DNA of 63,332 nucleotides, filler included, from Olpidium bornovanus S191 (lineage: Eukaryota; Fungi; Olpidiomycota), in assembly GCA_017911155.1 (NCBI GenBank). It is 28 parts of 28 records of this genome, joined end to end, with 100 filler letters (N's around TTAATTAATTAA, not from the genome) between each part and the next. Parts side by side here need not be neighbours in the genome. Positions count along the whole stretch, not along the records: positions 12,213 to 14,922 come from JAEFCI010007156.1; positions 15,023 to 16,487 come from JAEFCI010000930.1; positions 16,588 to 19,436 come from JAEFCI010005352.1; positions 19,537 to 24,271 come from JAEFCI010004382.1; 24 more parts are not named here. The stretch is one strand, 5' to 3'. The notes under the pieces were generated by a model. It saw only the letters and a list, made by a program, of their open reading frames with translations. It did no database searches and was not told the DNA's origin. This document shows, piece after piece, positions 12,113-23,990 of this stretch (position 1 is its first letter; each line of letters begins with the position of its first letter). The position numbers and the translations under genes were made by a program.

Positions 12113-12904
12113 NNNNNNNNNNNNNNNNNNNNNNNNNNNNNNNNNNNNNNNNNNNNTTAATTAATTAANNNNNNNNNNNNNNNNNNNNNNNNNNNNNNNN
12201 NNNNNNNNNNNNCATGCAACCAAGACGGTTCCCACGCCCGCAAACTCATAACTCTGGAAACTTTAGAACTTTTTCACTGGCACTAAATAGAAGCGGCGGG
12301 TTTTGTGATGACCTCGGCGCGCACGTGACTTCCAACGTTTCGCGCCGGCCTAGAAAATGCTTCGCGCGGGCGGTGCCCCCGCGGACGACAACAAGAATTC
12401 ATTATGATTTTTTTTGTATGTGGTCTGTCTGGGAGGGAAGGGAAGGGGGGGGGAGGAGGGGTGGGCTGTTTGCCGGCTTTCCGGGATACCGGGGTGGGGA
12501 GGTCGGTTCATTCCTTTTTTTTTTCGGTTTTGTTTCGTTTCCGGCCCCAGGCCGAGATCTGATAAAAGGAAGGGCCAGGCGGCCCGCCTGCGCTGCCGAA
12601 CGCCGGGAAAGGCCAAAAAAAAAAAAAAAAGAAAAACCACCGCCCGGGAGGCAGGAGTCGCGAAGGCGCCGGAGCAGCTTCTTCGGCCAGCCGGCGACGT
12701 CACGCGCGACTGCAACCGCCGCCGCCGCCCTTTTCCCCGAGCCCCCCTTTGCCCCCCCCCGCCCCCCCCCCTCCCCGGTCGTCTCCTGAGAAAAAAAAAA
12801 AAATAAATAAAACAAAACGAGAAAACCGGTGGGAGTGCGCGCGGGGTGGCAAAAGGGGGGGGGCGGTAGATCGACTCCTCCCCCCCGTTTTTTTTTTTCC
12901 CGCT

Positions 12905-13297
12905 ATGAGCATTCTCGGCGGCCGGCCGGCGCCGCCGTCGGACGTCCGCCTTCCCCGCCGGGCAGCCGACGACCCTCCGCCGCCTCACGACTCGGGCGGC
13001 CTTGGAGGTCGTCCACGCGGGGTCGACGCCGGAGGCGGCGGCGGCGGCGGCGGCGGAGGGGGGGCGGATGCGGAGGAGGAGGAGGAGGAGGACGAGGACG
13101 GCGGCTGCGGCGGGGTGCGCGCCGCCGCTCGCGTCGCGGGCCTGCTCTGCACGCTGTCGCTCTGCGGTGAGAAAACCTGGAATATACACAAAAAGAGAAG
13201 AAGAGATTGAACGCGCCGCCGTACGCCGGATTGCCCTCGTCCGCTTCTCACATACCCCCCCACCACCTTTTGCTTCCTCTTCCTCCCTCCCGGCCCT

Positions 13298-13341
<44 letters not shown>

Positions 13342-14922
13342 CCCACCCCGCCCTCTTTCCCTTTCGGGTGGCCGGGGGTTGGGGGGTGGGTGGGGGGGGG
13401 GGAAGGGGCGAGGGGCGGCGGGGGCGGGCACGACCTCGTCGGTCCTTTCGGACGAGCCGCGAAATCGCAGTTTCTCGTACTGATCCTCCCCCCCGCCACC
13501 CGCCCCCTCACGCGATTTCCCCCCTCCCCAGTCGGCAGCCACTATGCCGGGAACGCGCTCAACTCGCTCAAGGCGGCGATAAAGGCGGACCTCGGCATCA
13601 CCAACGCGCAGTACGGGACCCTGTCTTCCGCGGTCGCCACCGTGAATACCGTTCTGCCGATATGTGGAGGGTAGGGGGTTCTGCGGGGCTGCTCCTTGCG
13701 TTTTTTTTTCTTTTGGCTCCTCTGGTTCCTCGTTATTTTCACGTTACCAGAGAGAGAAAAAAAAAGGCGTTTTTTTTGGTTTCGGAGTGCCGACCCCTCC
13801 CTTTCCCTTCCGATCCCTCCCCCCCTCCCCCACCCAACCCCCCGCCTCCGCCCGTTCTCTCAGCGTGTTTCTTGACGCGTTCGGCACTGACGCCGGGTCG
13901 GTAATATCCACGGGTCTGATCTTGTTCGGGACGGGGATCACCGCCGTCTCGGCGTTCGCCCGCGTCTCGAGCGCGTACCAGCTGCTCGTCTTCGGCCGCG
14001 TCGTCTACGCCTTCGGGGCGGGCACCGTCGTCGTCACGCAGCATTCGATCCTCTCGTCCTGGTTCCGGGGTAAGGGCCTGGCCGTCGCGTTTGGGCTCCA
14101 GATTGCGGTCGGGAGGCTGTCGTCCTTCCTCGCCGCCGGCACCGTCGTGCCGATCCAGAACTGGGCCGGACACTGGGGTTGGGCATTGTGGGTATGTATG
14201 CCAATCGCGGGGGGGGGGGGGGGTCTCTTGCCCGTTTGTCTCCTCATTATTCAAATTTCTTGCTGCCGTATTTGTTGCCACGTCTTCTTCTCTCGTTCTC
14301 TGGACGACCCGCTTTCGCCGTTCCCCGGCTCTCGTCCATTCCTGTTACTATTCCCTGCTGACTTGTCCCTGTTTGACATCCGCTTCTTTTGCCAGGTTGC
14401 CTTTTCTCTCTGCTGTTTCTCTTTCGTGACGAACTTGGTCTACGTCGTGGTCTCGCGCGGGGCGGCGGCCGAAGCCGTCGGCGGCCGTTCTCGTCGCAAG
14501 GCGTTTCTAAAACCAAGTGGCATCACGCTTCTCACCGACGTGTTCTGGCTCGTGATCGTGATCGAGGGCCTCCTCTACGGCGCCTGGACGCCGTTTCTGC
14601 ACATGAACGCGTGAGTCGCCCGCTTCGATCAAACTTTGCCGAATTTCAGGGGCAGACTTGACGCAGTCTCACGACCGGTCGACTCGCCGATGGCGCGGGA
14701 ACCCGCAGCGAAATGGTCAAGCTCCGTTTCGGATCCACCGACTCTCTCGCCGGCTGGCAGTCGTCCTGGGCCCACATCGCCCCGATATTTGTGTCCCCGT
14801 TCATGGGTCGAGTAATCGACCGCCACGGCCAGCGAACGACGGCGATGATCGCCAGCGCGGGCTTGCTTCTGTTTTCTGTCGTCCTCTTGGGCTTTTCGAC
14901 GGCGACCCCGGCGCTGGGAATG
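12905..14922 (+). CDS. Major facilitator superfamily transporter (MFSD1-like, vacuolar/lysosomal), 3'-truncated
   Basis: Spliced hydrophobic helices: GSHYAGNALNSLKAAIKADLGITNAQYGTLSSAVATVNTVLPICGG|VFLDAFG; FGRVVYAFGAG; WFRGKGLAVAFGLQIAVGRLSSF; PFMGRVIDRHGQR (MFS motif A repeat). Confidence 0.85.
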
Positions 14923-15612
14923 NNNNNNNNNNNNNNNNNNNNNNNNNNNNNNNNNNNNNNNNNNNNTTAATTAATTAANNNNNNNNNNNNNNNNNNNNNN
15001 NNNNNNNNNNNNNNNNNNNNNNAAAAAAAAAACAAGCCGCATCCGCTCTTCCCCGCCCTTCCCCTCCCCTCCCCCCCAACCAAAAAAAAACAAAAGATCT
15101 TCCCTCTCGACCGGCCGCCCTCCGCCCCCCCACTCCACCTTCGGCAGCCTTTCGCGTCCCGTCGTCGCCGGTTGTTCGCCGTAGCACTTGAACAGCCGTC
15201 GAAAACGCCAGCAGGGGTGCGAGAGAGAGTGCGGGATAGGTTGCCGAGAAGAAGAAAATAAAAAACAAAAGAGTATCAAACGAGGTAAACGGGCGGGGAA
15301 GAAAAAGAACTTAGGTCCCCCACCCCGCAGGGCGGCCGGTTGCGAGGGCAGAGAGAAAGGGAGGGGGGGAGAAAGAGAGACAGAGAGAGTGAGAGAGAGA
15401 GAGAGAGAGGAGGAGAGAGAGAGGGAAAGAGAGTGAGAGCAGGCGGGGAGAAGGAAAGAGTGCGCCGGAGAGCGCCGCCGACCCTCTCTTGTCTCACTCC
15501 ACTCCTCCCCCAATTCCCTCCCTTCCTTTTGCCCCCGCCGAACGTAAGACACCCCGCCGACACCCCCCGTTCGCTACCTAACTCCCACCTTCCCACCTTC
15601 CCTCCCGTCTAG

Positions 15613-16487
<875 letters not shown>

Positions 16488-16629
16488 NNNNNNNNNNNNN
16501 NNNNNNNNNNNNNNNNNNNNNNNNNNNNNNNTTAATTAATTAANNNNNNNNNNNNNNNNNNNNNNNNNNNNNNNNNNNNNNNNNNNNAAAAAAAAAAAAA
16601 AAAAGAAACACCGCGGCACGGGAGACGGA

Positions 16630-17335
16630 CCTGCATAGATCGGCCGCACGAAAGTGTCGGCACTTTCGACCGCGGTGACGTCGGAGATTCCCTGAACGTC
16701 AAGGAGCGCGGCAGCGCGCGGCAAAACGTTCTTGCCGAAGGCGGTGTGGGCGGCAACGACGTGAGAGGAGCCGAGGGATTTGACGGCGGCCACCACGAGC
16801 GGCGCGAAGTCCTCAGGGAGGCCATGATCGTATTCCGCCTTCTTGGCGACGATAACCTTCTCGACGCCGTCGGTCCGGGCAATCTGCTTCACGACGTTGT
16901 CCACGTTGCTGCCGGCGACGAGCGCGGTGACGCCGGAGCCGAGGGCCTTTGCCGCCGTGACCGCGCTGAGCGTGGCCGGATTGAGGGAGTTGTCCTTGTG
17001 CTCGACGACGAGCAGTGTGCTCGAAGCGGACGCGTAGCCGCGGCGGAAGGCGCCGACGCGCTGCGACGGGGTTTTGCGATTTTGTTTTTTGTTTTTTTTT
17101 TTTTTTTTTTTTTTTTTCGCGAAGAAGCGACGAGAAGACAAGCGAGACGGGGAAAGTGAGCCCATGGGGGGGTTAGGGGGCCGGGCGTCGGTGCATGGCC
17201 AGCGTTGAAAAGCGGGGGACCGGCCGACCAAATTCGAGACCAGGTGACTAAATTCGAGACCGGACTCACCAGCGGGAACCGGGCGGCGGGTCTGCCGCTC
17301 GCGACGGCGAGGCGTCGGACGGACGTAGCTAGCAT
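16630..17335 (-). CDS. ETFA: Electron transfer flavoprotein alpha subunit, N-terminal part with mitochondrial presequence
   Basis: MLATSVRRLAV presequence; STLLVVEHKDNSLNPATLSAVTAA; HTAFGKNVLPRAAALLDVQGISDVTAVESADTFVRPIYAG. Confidence 0.95.
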
Positions 17336-17865
17336 GTTTCTTTTTTCTTGCCCCGCCCCGCCTTTCTAGCGACGGGGGGGGGTGATTATCCTTCCGCCGG
17401 GAGTTGAAAGGCCACCTTCGCGTCCGCCGGGAGCGAGCTTCGGCGGATGATGGATGATAATGATGATGACGACGAGCGGCGGTGTGTGCGCGTGTCGCTC
17501 TCTCTTTTCTCTTTTCTCTCTCTCTTTTCTGCTTCTGCGCGGGGCGAGAAGAAAAAAAACCCCCGCCCCCGCCATTTTTCCCCGCAGCGCCTTTTTTTCC
17601 CCGGGCGGCAATTCGCGCAACCCGATTCTCGCCCTTCATCCGAAGTCCGCCGCCCGACCCAAGCCCCCGGTCGCAACCCGCGCGGACACCGGCAGCGGCT
17701 CTCTTTTCGTCGGCTTCCTGCGTCGCGCTGGCCTCAACGAGGGGGGGGAGGGGGATCCCCTCCAACCCGTCCTGAAAAGATCGGGAAGTCGACGAATGCA
17801 GAGTCGCCACACACACGCCCCCGACCTGCAGCGCGCCCAACCCCCCGCCCGTCTTGGCACTCGCG

Positions 17866-19436
17866 ATGACCGAGGCGGCGGGGCAAACGCCGACGCTGCC
17901 GACCGTCCTGACGGTCAGCGGCAGCAGGGTGGACCCCTATGCCTTCTCTCAACCGTACGGGGCGATGCAACTGGTTCTTGTCGTAAGCAGCGCCCTTTTC
18001 CAGGGGTCCCGACTTGTTTTCCCGTTTCATCCTCCACGCGCATAGTTTCTCAACCCCTCCCCCCCGTTCGCGCCCGCCCGTTCTTCGGTTTATCAGTATT
18101 TCAACGGCGTTATGCTCCTATTCGGAGCTGTCTGTAACGCCTTGGTGCTAATGGTGTTGCTCAAAAACAAGAACCTGTGCAAGGGTGAGTTGCGTGAAGA
18201 CAACTTAACTGGATGCGATACCGGAAGCGCGTGGAAATTTTCCTCGCGGGCTCGGGGCTGATTGCGGCAAACGCTCTTTTCCAGTCCGGTACTTCCTCTC
18301 AGCAAACCTGACGTTAGCAGACCTCGGACTTTGTTTGGTGAACTTTCCAATGTTCCTCTACAACGGTTCGCAAAAACGTTACGCTGCAGGCCAGGTTCGC
18401 CCTTTTCGACAAAAAATAGTGAATGTGAAACCGTTGACTGCCACACACACGGTCGATGCTGACACAGCCCGCGGCGTTTGCAGGTCGGCTGCACACTCCA
18501 TGCTTTTTTCATTGTCCTGTTTTGCTCGCAGAGCGTGCTCACGCTGACAGCGACGACATACGAACGATACCTCATGGTGGTGAAGGGCAGGGAGTTTACC
18601 ATGGGGATCTTCAGGAAATTCCTTCCGATCAACTGGTGCTTTTCCATCCTGCTGGCGGGGATGCCGTTTCTGTGGGCGGACAACCCGTATCCGTTAAGAT
18701 CGTCGAGGATATACTGCACAGGTGGGTGGCGAACGTCAGTTTGGGAGGGACCGTCGTTTCAACAGATTTGGTCTAGTGGGTTTTGGCCCCCTCCGCCCCA
18801 TCCCCCTTCCGAGGAGAGCTAAGCCGACAAGGCCGGCCGATTTGTCTGGCAGGAGGCTGGTACTTCTCGGGTCCTTATGAAGTCCTCTTCACGGTGCTCT
18901 GCTGCTGCGTGATCACTACGGGGCTCTGCGGCATCACGATCATGTACCGAAGGATATTCGAGGCCATCCGGGACAACACGCGCCGGCTCACGTCGGCAGG
19001 CGGGAGCGTCCTGGAAGAGTCGCCCCGGTTTCTGGACGGGCCGCAGTTGGGCACCAGGGCGGTCTGCAACAGCCCCGACACGGTTTCTTCCTCGTTTCCG
19101 CTGGTCGACTCCTGCGCAAGCGGCGGCGGCGGGGGCGGCGACGCCGACGTCGCGAACGCGACGACGACGACGTTCGGCCGCGCGGTCCCGGTGTTGGCCG
19201 CCGTCGGGATGGCGAACACGAGCGCAGCGAGACGGGCGCTGCGGAGCGAACGAGCCATCGCCCGCATAACGCTCATCGTCACGGCCACGTTTTTCGCCTG
19301 TTGGGGCGCATACAACATGATGTTTTTGCTGGAGATGTTCACGCAGCGCGAATGTGAGAGAGTTCAAAGGCCTGCGACCCTGCCGTTTTCCCCGCCTGCT
19401 CTTGCGCTGCAGGAATACCTTGGCGGCCGTGTCGGT
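17866..19436 (+). CDS. Rhodopsin-family (class A) GPCR, opsin-like; exons 17866-17982, 18097-18184, 18285-18394, 18484-18721, 18853-about 19353; TM7 missing
   Basis: Phase-consistent GT-AG splicing gives TM1 GAVCNALV, TM2 NLTLADL, TM3 GCTLHAFF...YERYLMVVK, TM4 WCFSILLAGMPF, ECL2 PYPLRSSRIYC, TM5 ...MYRRIF, TM6 ERAIARITLIVTATFFACWGAY. Confidence 0.9.
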
Positions 19437-19719
19437 NNNNNNNNNNNNNNNNNNNNNNNNNNNNNNNNNNNNNNNNNNNNTTAATTAATTAANNNNNNNN
19501 NNNNNNNNNNNNNNNNNNNNNNNNNNNNNNNNNNNNCATGTCTTCCCGTGAAGCCTTGTTCACCACGAAAACTGGGCGGCGGCGGTCCGGAAAAGCGGAA
19601 GCCCCGATCGGGGAGGCTTGATCGTCAGCGCGTAGACCCGAGGTGTTGGGACGGGCGCCGGTTAAGGAATGCGGCCCAAAGTCACGTCGGAGTTTGGTAC
19701 CCTTGCGAGACCCGTACCG

Positions 19720-21417
19720 ACTTCAGGGTAATATTCTGATCTCTCCCAGCCCGTCACAGCGGTCGTACGCTCTTCGGCAATCAGCGCGGCGTCGGTGATC
19801 CTGTACTTGAGAAAGCCGGCCAAGCGGACCATGTTCCAGAGCTCCAGGTCTGGCCCGCAGTCGGATAGCACCAGGAGCACGTGACAGACGCTCATAAGAA
19901 AGATGATCTGGCGCAAATCCTACCAGAAAAAAAGGGACGCGGGGATTTTAAATGGAAGCGTTCGCGATCGGCACTCCCGGTTTGGTTTTCGCACGCAATG
20001 CCATCAGCACAAGCTCGGGCAGCTTACCTGCTGCTCGTGCAAAAGCTCCGGTGGGCCGCCGGCGGGAAGGGAGCGCTCCAGGACCGAAAGACTCATGACG
20101 GGCTGGCTGTCCAGGAGAATCACGCGCTCGGGCGTGACATGAAGATCGACGCCCGTCGTTTCGTGATTCAGCGTCGCTTGGTTTTCAAGGGTCTGCGCCG
20201 GAAACACCTGCGCTTTTGCGTTTCGCGCGCGCGCGACGACGGCGGGCGTGAGTGGGGAGATACGGAAGTCGGCCGGCCGCGTAAAGCCTGCCGGGGCCAG
20301 CGGCCCGCCGCCGCTCTCCTCACATTCTGCATGCCTCCAGCCAGCCGCGAGAGCAGTGTTGACTTGCCGGCGCCCTGCGTGCCGACGACTCCAACGACCA
20401 GCTGGCCGCTGTGATCCGTCAGTCGGAGCGCGGAAGAATCGGTCGTCAGGCGGCCCTGATCGTCCACGAGCTTTGCGTGAGAGACGACCGGCCCAGGCTG
20501 GGGCGCTGCGGCAGTTGCCGAAGCCGCGTCGCGGGAGTGGGGCCCTGGCACGGCGGCTGCCGCGCGCGGTTGCTGTTGCGTTTGCTCGTCAGGTGCTCTC
20601 TGGCGATCCGGCTGCCCGGAAGGAGACTCCGAGACCACGTGCGGTTGTGGTCTTCGTTGAAGGATAATGGGCGCCTGCTGAAACGGACGCGCCGCCCCGT
20701 CTGCTGCTGGCTCCGAGGCTGAAAGATCAGGTTGGCCGCCCTTCGAGGTAAATTATAATGAACCAGAGTTACGCGGATGCCTCGTGGCCCTTGGCGTCGG
20801 GGCACGTCCGGGCCGTCTGCATACGGTCAAACCACCACCTTCACACCCCTGAGGTTCCACCTGCAGCCGAGAGGCGTCGCCTCCCTCTTTCCGGGAACCG
20901 GCAGACTCACCCTCCACGTCTGCTCGGATTTCCTCCTTCCCGGCCTCCCCTCGACGGAACCGTGGTTTGCACCGCGGCGGTAGGCGCGCGTCCAGCCCGG
21001 GCCGCCTTCCGGGACGGCCTTTGCCGCCGCGCGGCGGTCGTCGTCGCGCCAGGAGGGGCTCTGAAACGCCTGCGCGCCGGCGCGACCGCGCCTGGCGCCG
21101 GAGCCGACGGGCGACCCGGGCCCGCTGCCGCCGCCTCGGGCTGCGGGAAGCTCGTCGCGGCGGAAGTCGCCGAGTTTGCCGGGATCGGCGCCGCCGCCGT
21201 TTTCCGGCCAGCCGCCCCGGCCCCTTTCGTCGTTCTCCTCGTTTCTCCGCTCCCGCCCTTCTCTCCCGGCCCCACCCCCTCCTCCTCGCCCTCCTCCGCG
21301 CCGTCCTCCGCCTCCTCCCCCCGGCCGCCCCGCTCCTCCCTCGGCGGCGCCGCCGGCGGAAAGGTTTCCCGAGGCATCTCCCGCCGGCGTCGTCCTGTGG
21401 TCCCGGCGGTCTGCCAT
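19720..21417 (-). CDS. SMG9: SMG9-like P-loop protein (SMG1 complex, nonsense-mediated decay); 5' end uncertain
   Basis: VVGVVGTQGAGKSTLLSRL (Walker A), HETTGVDLHVTPERVILLDSQPVMS, QIIFLMSVCHVLLVLSD, EYYPEV, matching SMG9 blocks (ERxILLDTQP, FxVCHV, EYYP). Confidence 0.82.
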
Positions 21418-21505
21418 TTCGCCCGGGCGGAGCGCGCGCGTCCGGGGAGAATTGCAGTGCGGCGGCCCTCCCCGTTCTGCGTGCGGGCAGGCCTTTTTTT
21501 AGCGA

Positions 21506-21515
21506 GTCACGTGAC
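21506..21515. promoter_or_regulatory. Palindromic E-box GTCACGTGAC (Cbf1/USF/TFEB-type bHLH-ZIP site)
   Basis: Perfect 10-bp palindrome just upstream of the SMG9-like gene. Related CACGTGAC sites lie upstream of NOP13 (2554), the MFS gene (12322) and at 46421/46443. Function is inferred only. Confidence 0.35.
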
Positions 21516-21829
21516 CACTGCGGTTTCCGCCTTCCCCTCCCCCCTCCCCACCCACGCCGCCACCGGCCGGAGAGATCCCCCGCCCCCCCTCCCCGGCCTC
21601 GGGGCCGCACGAGAAGGGCACGATGGCATCGTGCGCGCGCCGGTCTCGCCGCCCTGTGCCGCTATAAGCTCTCACAGGGGCGTCGTTGGATTACGACGGG
21701 CACAAGAGCCCGTGCCGCTTGCACGCGCCCGTCGCCGCAGCTCAGCTCCTCCGCACCAGCAGTCTTCTGGTCCTCGCCGAGGCGGCCCGTCACACACGCC
21801 AAGAGTCACACACGCCAACCAGTGGGCAT

Positions 21830-23215
21830 GGAAGATGATGACGAGAGCCTTCTCCCTGGACGAGGAACTCTCTGAGAAGTGCCCACTGAATAATCCTTTG
21901 GCACGAACGTTCTTGGGAGCAGTCCCAAAATATAACAGGACAGGCAGGGCGCCGGCACTGAACGACTTCGTTGACAAGCTCGAGATGGCAGCTCGCATCA
22001 GTGAAGAGACCCTGGACTTGGCCGCCAACCGCCTGACAGGGCAAGCTGCCGTCCTGTGGCAGAGCCATTCGAGAACCAACCTGAAAGGCAGCCAGGGGCG
22101 ATGGACAAGATGAGAGGACCTCCGTGAAGCCCTTACCACGGCATTTCGCCCAAGGGAGCACCTGCAAGCCGCAACGGCAAGGTTTATGGAGATAACACAG
22201 CAAAGCTGCTCAAACGATCTTCAAAGATACATCGAGGCGTTCAACACATTGTATAAGGAACTACCTGCCCCCTGTGATAAGCGACCCTGTGCAATCAGAT
22301 TCCTTATGGGACTCCCCGCAGATGTCCGGAGGAGCGTCATGCAAATGACACCTGCATTGAGCGACCTCGTGGAGTCCAGGAGGCAGCAAGGCGTGACTTC
22401 CGAGTTACTACCTGTGGGGTTACCAAGAAAGCGAGTAGCCTGCCCATCAATTGGGCCGGTGCCACTGGGGAAATAGCAAAGAACGACCTTAAGAAGGTTA
22501 GATGCTTCAACTGTGGCAGAAAAGGGCACATGGCTCAAAATTGCCGCTCCCCAAAGAAGGAAAAGACCAAAAGAGGTGAACCTGCCCTGAAATTTGAGGG
22601 ACCGAAGAAACCAAGGGAGTCAGGACTCCAGGTCACTTGTACCGCCGGCATCATTAAAGGCAAGGTAGATCCTCAAGATGGTGCAGTGCGTGCCAGCGAC
22701 AGAAGAACCCGCATGACTGTTGATAGGGGTGCGACGAGGCATATGATCCCAGATGCAAGCTGGTTCTCGACATCGCAACTGTCAAACAAGTGAGTATGGA
22801 CTGCATCAAAGGCAAACGAGCCAGTCTTGGTGGAGGGGACAGTTGAATATGATACGGATGGGGGCAACTGCTTGTCCATGAAGGGAGTATTACACACCCC
22901 ATCGTTCAGAATGCCCCTGTTCTCAGTCCCAGCAACCACTTACCACAGCTTGGACATACTGTTTAAGGCTGATAGGCACACCCTCATCCTGCAAGCAGGA
23001 AAAGTCGCAGCCACCTCAACAAGCGATGATCATGACAGACTGTTTTACCTGGATGGAACAGTAAACGTGGCGGATTCAGGTGGGGCTGCAACCGACAACG
23101 ACACTGACCCCGACTTTGCCATCAGGACCAATGGTGTTGATGGTAGTGCCCTCACGGTGACCATCAAGAGCGACATCGACGTATGGCATGCGCGATTGGG
23201 GCACTTTTGGTTAAA
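21830..23215 (+). mobile_element. Degenerate LTR-retrotransposon gag-pol: Ty3-like capsid, CCHC knuckle, copia-type protease and pre-integrase
   Basis: LAANRLTGQAAVLW...WTR*EDLREALTTAF...RFMEITQ...RYIEAFNTL...RFLMGL; CFNCGRKGHMAQNC (22503-22544); TVDRGATRHM..W F; VLHTPSFRMPLFSV; DVWHARLGH. Confidence 0.85.
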
Positions 23216-23713
23216 TAGGCGGGCAGTTGAAGACAGGCAGCGCCGGGCTTTGTGGAAAGTCCTTGTTCCAGCTTTTCCACTTGAAACTCCAATACTCAAT
23301 CTCTGAATTCCAGTTCTCTCAAGTTTCCTCTTCATCTCTCTTTCTCTCTTTCTCTCTTACGCTTTCTGTGGTTCGTTCCGCTCTATGGATCTTACATCCC
23401 TTGTGGACGCGTTCGTTCTGTTCTACGGATGTTTCGCCACGCGTGGGTGTTTTGGGGAATTGCTACGGGATTTCTGGAGGGCGGGGAGGGGGGGGGGAAA
23501 TCCTTTTTGGGGAGACCATACGCGTGCCGAACCACAACGCGTAACCCTTCTTCTCCCGTAGCCTCGCTGCCGGGCCAGTCCGTCGTCCCATTCTTCAGCG
23601 ACGTCTTGAAATTTTAATACTCCAACTTTGGTTCTTTCCGTAGCAGATTTGGAATTCCGCTACTCTTCCCCCGTACGCCCACTCCCCTCGAGCTTCTCAC
23701 TTCACAACAGCGC

Positions 23714-23990
23714 TCCGGTGCCCGCCCGTCGCGCCGCCTTCGGCCGCCCGTCGCGCCACCTTCGGCTGCCCCGCTCCCGTCAAGCGCCATCCGGTGCCCG
23801 CCCGTCGCGCCACCTTCGGCCGCCCTGCTCCCGCGAAGCGCCATCCGGTGCCCGCCCGTCGCGTCACCTTCGGCTGCCCCGCTCCCGCCAAGCGCCATCC
23901 GGTGCCCGCCCGTCACGCCGCCTTCGGCCACCTGTCGCGCCACCTTCGGCCGCCCCGCTCCCGCCAAGCGCCATCCGGTGCCCGCCGTCG
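23714..23990 (+). repeat. GC-rich minisatellite, 54-bp unit, about 4-5 copies, some with a 21-bp internal duplication
   Basis: Unit CCGGTGCCCGCCCGTCGCGCCACCTTCGGCCGCCCTGCTCCCGCGAAGCGCCAT repeated with few substitutions. Confidence 0.9.

Noticed and set aside
20758-22113. 451-aa plus-strand ORF and similar long Arg/Pro/Ala-rich ORFs (for example 16536-17840, 24411-25310, 26009-27103, 52207-53310, 58709-59692)
   Set aside because: Stop-poor frames of very GC-rich DNA, antisense to real genes or running through introns; only their sub-segments noted above are credible.
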